Source of the DNA: Savitreella phatthalungensis
Lineage: Eukaryota
Reading direction: 5' to 3'
DNA: 64,000 bases
NCBI GenBank assembly: GCA_051599415.1
Contig: AP039690.1
Coordinates: 124,001 to 188,000 of the forward strand
Positions 57,309 to 64,000 of the stretch are shown here, piece by piece (the first letter of the stretch is position 1; every line of letters starts with the position of its first letter). A program made the translations under genes and the position numbers. Under the pieces are notes generated by a model, which worked only from the letters and a program-made list of their open reading frames with translations, had not been told where the DNA came from and did no database searches.

Positions 57309-57870
57309 CTAACCTCCACACCACACGGTACTCCTATGCACGCACGCACGCACTCACGTAAATGAATGAATCACATCTCGACGATTGACATAACTTGCCT
57401 CTCCTTGTCTGCGTGTGAGTCGGATGACAGTGTACAGGGAGACGAAGTTTACGTGGTGTAGATCTGGATGGCTTTTTGCATACAAATATGGGTTATGGGA
57501 AAACGGGAAAAAGCGTGAATGGATGGACAAGGTCGGGTGTGGTGTTGGGAGGTCTTCTAGCAGGTGTTGGTTGGGGAATGACTTGGATCTGCCCGAATGA
57601 AAGTCGTCCAAGTGGCCTGGTCTTGCATGATAAGTTCTGTCACCTGCTCTTGTGCTCGGATATGCGGTGTTGGTATATGGGGATTTCCCGGGTAAGGAGA
57701 AAGGAGGATATTACTAAAGAGCTTGTGTTTGAACAGGTAGACGCAAATCGAGAAGGATGGCTTGAGAGCGGCTTGGATTTCCATAGTCGGATTGGGAGAG
57801 ATCTCGGTCGAGAGTAAGAGATGTAGAGGTTTAAGACGTTTCGAGTTGCTGGCCGCGCACGGGCACAGTC

Positions 57871-58791
57871 TTATGCGAAGACGACGAGAGCGCCGGCAAC
57901 GGCGAGACCAGCTGCTGCGAAGCTCGTGACACCGCCAGTAGCGATACGGCGAACGCCGTCGGAACGTGCGGTGGTGGTAGCTGCGCCTGTGGCGCGAGTG
58001 GTGGACGCGGAGCCTGAGGCGGAGGCTGAGGTGCCGTTGGTGGCGGAGGTGCCGTTGGCAGAGCTGTTGCCGGCAGACGCGCCCGAGCTGGACACGCAGC
58101 CGGTACCGTTGGCCTGCCGCCGTGCGAATGCGCTGAATCCACGGACACGGAAGTTGGGCATCAGACCGCGCTTCGACTGGGAGGTAGAGCTGCAGCTATT
58201 GCCGTCGGTCGACGCACCGCCCGCAGAAGCGGCAGAGGAAGAGGTCGAGCTTGACGCGGTCGTCTGCGAGCCACCAGAGGTGCCGGCAGCGGCAAGCTGC
58301 GATGTGCTAGAGCCAGATGAGGCTTGGGAGTTGGATGCACCAACTGGCGAGGACGACGAGCCGGAGGATGAGCTGGATCCGCTGCTGGCCTGAGCAGCAG
58401 GTGCTGCAGCGGCGGGTGCTGCGGATGAGGTGGAGTTGTCGGGCGATGTGCCGTTGCCGCCAGTGGATGCGCCGGGTGCAGCAATCACTGCCTGTGGCAT
58501 GAGAATGTTGCCCTGGCAGGAGTACTGTGAGGTGCGGTAGCATGCACGTCCGCAAGCCTGTGTGCCGGTGGGGCAAAGTGCGGTGTCGAAGCACGTGTAC
58601 TGGGAAGGCGAGTAGCGCTGCTGTGTGGCAGGGCAGTATGCGAGGCCGTCTGCGTCAGTGGTGACCTGACGCTTCATCGTTGCCACACCTCCATTGGTGG
58701 CGGCAACAGCGGCACGCTTCTGAATCCGAGCGCTGAAGCTCATGGCGTACGCCGAGTAGGCTGCCAGCAGAACTGTGATCTTGATCTGCAT
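57871..58791 (-). CDS. secreted, probably GPI-anchored cell-wall protein with CBM52-like module
   Basis: Signal peptide MQIKITVLLAAYSAYA, YSPSQYTCF..LCP...ACGRACYRTSQYSC, Ser/Thr/Ala stalk with NxS/T sites, hydrophobic C-terminus. Confidence 0.85.
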   Translation of the reverse strand: MQIKITVLLAAYSAYAMSFSARIQKRAAVAATNGGVATMKRQVTTDADGLAYCPATQQRYSPSQYTCFDTALCPTGTQACGRACYRTSQYSCQGNILMPQAVIAAPGASTGGNGTSPDNSTSSAAPAAAAPAAQASSGSSSSSGSSSSPVGASNSQASSGSSTSQLAAAGTSGGSQTTASSSTSSSAASAGGASTDGNSCSSTSQSKRGLMPNFRVRGFSAFARRQANGTGCVSSSGASAGNSSANGTSATNGTSASASGSASTTRATGAATTTARSDGVRRIATGGVTSFAAAGLAVAGALVVFA

Positions 58792-61087
58792 CTCTGTAGG
58801 GAAGAAGATTTGAAAGTCAAAGAGGACGAGGCAACTGGACGAAACCGGGGGCACTTCGCAGATCGATTCTCAAATGCTCAAATGAGAGGTCACAGGAGCA
58901 GTCGCGCAAAAGGTCGACTTGTCTCTACGAGCGAGCGTTGACTGAGTGAATGTGAGCTTAAGCTTGAGCAGGAGCGTAAATACGCTTGTGTTCAAAGGTA
59001 CAAAGTGCTAGTGTCGCGATGAAGTGAGTGACATTGGTGGGCATGCGAGGTATATGAGGGACTCGCAGGCATGAGGGTGAGCGAAGGCTAGGCAAGGCAA
59101 GGCAACCGGTCGGGGCAACAGGAATTGAGCCTGGAACGGGGAGGTCGGGGTAGGGACAGATGGGGCACAGATGCGTGGGAGTGGGTATCGGCATGAGCAT
59201 GGCTACGGGCATCGGCATTGGCATTGGCGTGGTCATAGGCATGGCAGGCCATCACAGCAATAGGTAGTACGTAGTTTGAGCACCACGATCGGTCCGCTGA
59301 TAGGCACAGATCAGTATAGCGTGAAGTGAGCAAGTGAGCGAGTGAGCGAACGAGTAAGAGCTTTCGGGTCCGCATGGCCATGCCAGGAAAGGTCAGACGC
59401 CTAGAATAGAATCTTGGTGCTATCCACCCAGAGGTCCATAGGCCAGCTCAGTTCCATGGCACAGTGCGAGTGATCCGACGCGACCTAATATGTGTGATGT
59501 GATGTGACGCGATGCACTTCGGACGGTTGGAAAAGATTTACATTGGCTGCAGGGCTGTCAGTGGTTACGCGCAACAGATGAGCCGCCAAGTGACGCCAAC
59601 TAAAACACCACAACTCGAAAGAGCGGGCAAGGCCTGAGACTGTTGACATTAGGGAAGATTTAATCTAAGGAAGTGGAGTGGCCGTTGGAACGGCTTCGAA
59701 TCGAGAAGCCAACCGACGATGTAGCCAGTCAGACTCACAGCCAAACTGCCGGGGTGATACAATTCTGTAAACCTGGCTCTGTAGACCGTTGACCGTTACG
59801 TAGCTGTTCCATTCCTGATTGACTCACTTTAGCTCCACTCTAATCATTATCGCAGGATTCTATTCTGCTGTAGCCTGTCACATTTATGTCCATGCTCGCT
59901 TGTTTTTCATTTCCGCCTGTTTTAGATTGTAGATGCATGGCTGGAGCGGGGTACGCGCGCGGGGTAAATGGTCAAATTAAGAAATTCAATCTAATCAAGG
60001 ACAAACTCTCAAAAACCTATGAAAAAAGACAAAGGAAAAAAGAAAAAAGCGGGTGCTGGGAAAAAACCCGTGTCCGTTAGAGTACTTGTCATACATACAC
60101 CGTGCAGCACAGCTAGGTATAGCTACATATGTACGTACATACACTCACTCAGCTTTACATTCAGGTAGACGCGTCTAATGCCTGTAACGTCACCTTACTC
60201 AAAACAGGGTTTCAAGTAGTCCAAGGTCGAAGCTTCTGCCTTCAAAAGTTTCCTGGTGTCTCTGACGGCAGGAATAAGCCCCCAATGCAGATCACCATCG
60301 AATGCCATGTATCGGATTGCATATTATTCTCCCTCGCCTTGGATAGAATCGTCTTCTCCGAGGCTGATGCTCATGCATAGAAGCCTCACGAAGACTCACT
60401 TGTTGGGCGGCAGCGAGCGTGTGGTGTTCCTGCATGCAGGACGCAAGACATTCATGAGTGTAGAGGGCTGAGTGATTGATCGTCTCCATTCTTGTAGCTA
60501 GACGCTAGATGTTGGCTTGCTCATGCCACGCGTCGATTCCACATTAACAGAAAAGAGGGAGGGGTGTCGCCGGGAGTATCTATGAACAAGCCTGCACCAC
60601 CCTACCGAGAGGCTCCACACGACGCAGTGCGCGTGCTCCTCTCACTCAATCTCCGAGGTTGAACATATTCTCCGGACACAGAGATCATCCTTTACCCTCC
60701 GTGTCGCGTGGACAAGGTAGTCAAAGTTTCGTTGGTCTCAGGTTGGAAGGACACTGTCAGTGGTTCGGCTGACAAGGCGAGGAAAAAGGGATAGGCAAAA
60801 TGAAAGTGAAAGGTGAGACATCTTTGACCCCACACTCGAAATGGATCCAATCGAATTCCTGCCCTCTCGTCCGGAAGTCTCACTCTATCCTACTATCCGA
60901 CATCGAGGGCGATCCTGGTATGCGAGTGGTCCGTTGACACCTTGACCTTGTACTCTCTGTGTTTATGTGATAGACTACTAGAGTTGGCGTCTCAAAGAGG
61001 ATGGTATGCATGACTACACGTGGTTCCATCGAAGCAGTGCGGCTGACGGAGGAACTTGAGTCGTACAGCTCAAATCCGTTCAAAGTA

Positions 61088-61152
61088 TGACCCTGACCCT
61101 GACCTTGACCTAGACTCTTTGACCTTGACCTTGACCTAGACTCTCCCTGACT
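61088..61152. repeat. (TGACCY)n repeat with duplicated 'tgaccttgacctagactct' unit
   Basis: Read directly from the sequence. Confidence 0.8.
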
Positions 61153-61572
61153 CAGGCTGTACCATGCCTTCTCTCAACTCCATCAAATGCACGTGCTCAT
61201 CATCACACTGTACAGCTCCTTTGCATATATGTGCGTACGTACGTGTGTGCATATCGACAGCATCACAGCCAAATCCCATGGAGATCAATCCAAATAAAAT
61301 GATCAAATTTCCTGGATCTGATCCGTGCATATATACTGTATGTTCACGATCATCTTTCTCTTTTGTGATCACGTGGAGATCGGAGATCAACCTCTCTCTT
61401 GTGGAGCTACAGCTCTCTACACATACACGCTCACATAACACTGACAAACAGCAAAACACACAAGTGATCGTGTAGACAGTGTTGCCAGAGCTCTGTTGCT
61501 CTTTTGCATCGTACGCGTCACGCAAGAAGCAGTCATGACAAGCTAAGGAGAAGGCTACCGAAAAATCATGCA

Positions 61573-63951
61573 ATGACTTCAAAATTATACGACCTCGATC
61601 CGGAGCTCGAGAAGCTGCTTGCCATTGACTCCTTCGAGGGAAAGTTCGATGTGCGCCACTTTGTCGAACAACTCGGAGCTCGTCAGGTCGGACTCCAGAA
61701 ACGTCACCCCGGAGATGGATTCGATCCAAAACCTCTGATTCGAGACTTCGAGACGGCTCTGACGAAGCTACAACGTCTACAGAAAGATGTGGACGCCTCT
61801 ATCGAGCGTGAGGACCACGACACGCGAGCGGCTGAAGCGCAACATGCGAAGCGCGTCCGAATGTTGAGTCAAAAGTTCGATGGCGTTGTCACGACATTCC
61901 AAAAGCTGGAGGACAATATCGGCAGCGTCGGCACAGCACCTGTTCAGCTCGGCAAGGATCTTGAGGCGCTATCGTCCCAGCTGACGCGTGCTCAGGCCGC
62001 GTCCAGGGTAGTGTCCACATATCTCAGCCTGCGAGAGAATCCAAGGGCATTGCAGGAGCAATACAGAGGTGTAAAGGTGTCAGTCGAACACGCCCTATTC
62101 GTGCGTAACCTGATGCAGATCAGCAGAGATGTGGAGATTGAGGGTAGTGACAGGACGAGAGCTGTCGTTGAAGCATTCGTCGAGACGGTTGAGCAGGACA
62201 TTCTTGCTCAATTTGAGCAGGCACGCGAGGAAGAAGATCTCGCCGGTATGGCGCACTGCGCGCGTGTCATGTACGAATACAATGGAGGCAGCAGCGTCCA
62301 CAGAGCATTCGTGAACCAGCATCGCTTCTTCATGCGTAATATGGAGGCAGATGAGCAGCTTGGCAGCAATGAAAACTGGCAAGTCTTGCCAGATCCTGAT
62401 GCTGAGATCCCGGCACTCGAGCCCTCGGTAATCGTCCTTTTCCGAGAGGTAAAACGCGTCTGCAAGAACGAGTTCCCTCTCATCAACCGCATCTTTCCTC
62501 AGCCAGCGACAGTTAAGGCGATCTTCCTAGAGCGTATCTTTGCGCAGCTCATTCAGCAGCGCCTCGAAGAGCTCCTCCATTTTGCAGAGAACCAGTCAAC
62601 ACTAGCCTACTTGCGGACGTTACAGACTTCGCACGAGGTCGTTGGCGCGCTCGTGGACTCCATCAAAGGACTATCACCTCAGGAGACTGGCAACGACGAG
62701 GATGACGCTGACGCACAGACAGTATCGAACGTGCTGGATGTCGCCTCGGCCGATCTATTTGTACCGTATCTCGAGTCCGGCGGCGGCGGTGCTGGACGGT
62801 ACATGGACAAGGAAAAGAAATCGCTTGCCGAGTTGTATTCCTCCGTGCTGTACAAATTCACGCGCTTCCATCAGCGCAGCAGCGCAGGCGGCGGCCGTGG
62901 CAAGAACACCGCCGCTTCGTACCTCGATCGCGTGCTGACCAAGGAAGGCAAAGTCGGAAATTTGATGCGACTAGCCGGTATTGAGCGGAAAGGTAGCACA
63001 GTCCGTGCGGAAGACCTCGAGGAAGTCGACATCACAGAGGCAGATGGTATACTCCGGCCGGAGATCGTTAAGCGCATGCTCCGTTGGCATGCTGAGGCTG
63101 TCGGACGCGCGATGGAGCTTGGATCACCATCAGATGTGCCGAAGGACGGGGCGACCTTGATGCAGACGCTCATTGACTATGTCGCCACAGAGTACCTCGA
63201 GGTCTGGCTGGACAGATGTCTTGACGACGTCCCTTCTCCCGGAGAACTCCGACAGGAACCGACGCTGACGTGGTTCGGCGGTCTACGCGACAGTACACGA
63301 ATCGCGAAGCTGCTTTTCAGCTATATCGATCTAGTCATCGTCCCGATGGCCGGCGCAAACCTGTCGGTAAAGCGCGAGATCACAGCCCGGGTGACCAGTA
63401 CGACTAAGCGCATCAACGGGCGTATCAGTGCGGTCATTTCTCGCTCCGCTGATCTAATCCTGTCTTGGATCAACCAGCTTCTCGCAAGGCAAAAGCGCAG
63501 CGACTTTATCCCACAGGACGAGATCGACCTGTCACAAATGCAGACTCCTGTGGGAACATCCGTCGCTGCATTCCTTGCACGAGTTGGACAAGCTGCCAAG
63601 GATGGCTTACTGCCGGACTCATTCCTGGCGGATGTCGGCGTGCGCATCCAGCTTACTATGCTAGAGCACTTCCGCAGGTACCAGGTAAACGCAACAGGAG
63701 GTCTGCTTCTTGCTAAGGACATCTCACAGTACCAACGCGCTGTGGATCTGTGGGGAATCCCAGCACTTCAACCGCGCTTCCAACTACTCTGTGACATCGG
63801 CAGCATCTTTATCGTCAAGCCAGACGTTCTACGTGCCCTGGTCTCCGACGGAGAGCTCGCCGGGATCTCTCCCAGGCTACTCTTGCCGTACCTCCAATGC
63901 AGAGAGGACTATACAAGCGAGAGCATTGCCAATGTCTTACGCAGAGGCTAA
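61573..63951 (+). CDS. SEC10: exocyst subunit Sec10
   Basis: F..KFDVRHFVE.L, FDPKPLIR.FE, YNGGSS....FVNQH.FF, RIFAQ.IQQRLE, QK..DF.P, VNATGGL....DI..Y. Confidence 0.94.
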   Translation: MTSKLYDLDPELEKLLAIDSFEGKFDVRHFVEQLGARQVGLQKRHPGDGFDPKPLIRDFETALTKLQRLQKDVDASIEREDHDTRAAEAQHAKRVRMLSQKFDGVVTTFQKLEDNIGSVGTAPVQLGKDLEALSSQLTRAQAASRVVSTYLSLRENPRALQEQYRGVKVSVEHALFVRNLMQISRDVEIEGSDRTRAVVEAFVETVEQDILAQFEQAREEEDLAGMAHCARVMYEYNGGSSVHRAFVNQHRFFMRNMEADEQLGSNENWQVLPDPDAEIPALEPSVIVLFREVKRVCKNEFPLINRIFPQPATVKAIFLERIFAQLIQQRLEELLHFAENQSTLAYLRTLQTSHEVVGALVDSIKGLSPQETGNDEDDADAQTVSNVLDVASADLFVPYLESGGGGAGRYMDKEKKSLAELYSSVLYKFTRFHQRSSAGGGRGKNTAASYLDRVLTKEGKVGNLMRLAGIERKGSTVRAEDLEEVDITEADGILRPEIVKRMLRWHAEAVGRAMELGSPSDVPKDGATLMQTLIDYVATEYLEVWLDRCLDDVPSPGELRQEPTLTWFGGLRDSTRIAKLLFSYIDLVIVPMAGANLSVKREITARVTSTTKRINGRISAVISRSADLILSWINQLLARQKRSDFIPQDEIDLSQMQTPVGTSVAAFLARVGQAAKDGLLPDSFLADVGVRIQLTMLEHFRRYQVNATGGLLLAKDISQYQRAVDLWGIPALQPRFQLLCDIGSIFIVKPDVLRALVSDGELAGISPRLLLPYLQCREDYTSESIANVLRRG

Positions 63952-64000
63952 ATGGAGGTTTCCTCGCCAACTAGCTAGCAATGTATCACAATATCAACCG

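Noticed and set aside
61088..61152. Telomere-variant or LTR/TIR end
   Set aside because: Simple TGACCY expansion with no transposase, RT, target-site duplication or partner repeat in the window.

Overview
Gene-dense, GC-rich, intron-poor fungal nuclear DNA. The short GT-AG introns with CTRAC branch points, the Pof3-, Rad17- and Nif1/Dsf2-like genes and the vezatin gene suggest an early-diverging ascomycete such as a Taphrinomycotina yeast; this is an inference. I can support about 30 protein-coding genes. Most are housekeeping: RPL36, RPS13, peroxisomal thiolase, Pof3/Dia2, CDC55, GPI3, vezatin, EMC6, LETM1/MDM38, MET22, Rad17, MPS1, bL21m, YTM1, SRP68, SLA1, SDH1, WSS1, a DPP-IV peptidase, NSA2 and SEC10. 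There is one intron-containing tRNA-Glu(TTC) with a decayed copy beside it, and many microsatellites. Several spliced models that the ORF track misses were rebuilt by hand. The most notable observations are: a locally scrambled LETM1 gene; a bacterial-looking intronless GFA gene (HGT candidate); a two-finger GATA factor without the iron-sensing linker, with a telobox and GATA sites in its promoter; a ~200-aa tail on GPI3; a candidate C/D snoRNA; very tight same-strand gene pairs (possibly dicistronic); and a recurring promoter pattern of CACGTG plus a sense-strand CA-rich tract. No mobile element, CRISPR array or clearly novel multi-gene system could be supported. All family assignments come from motif recognition; no database search was run.
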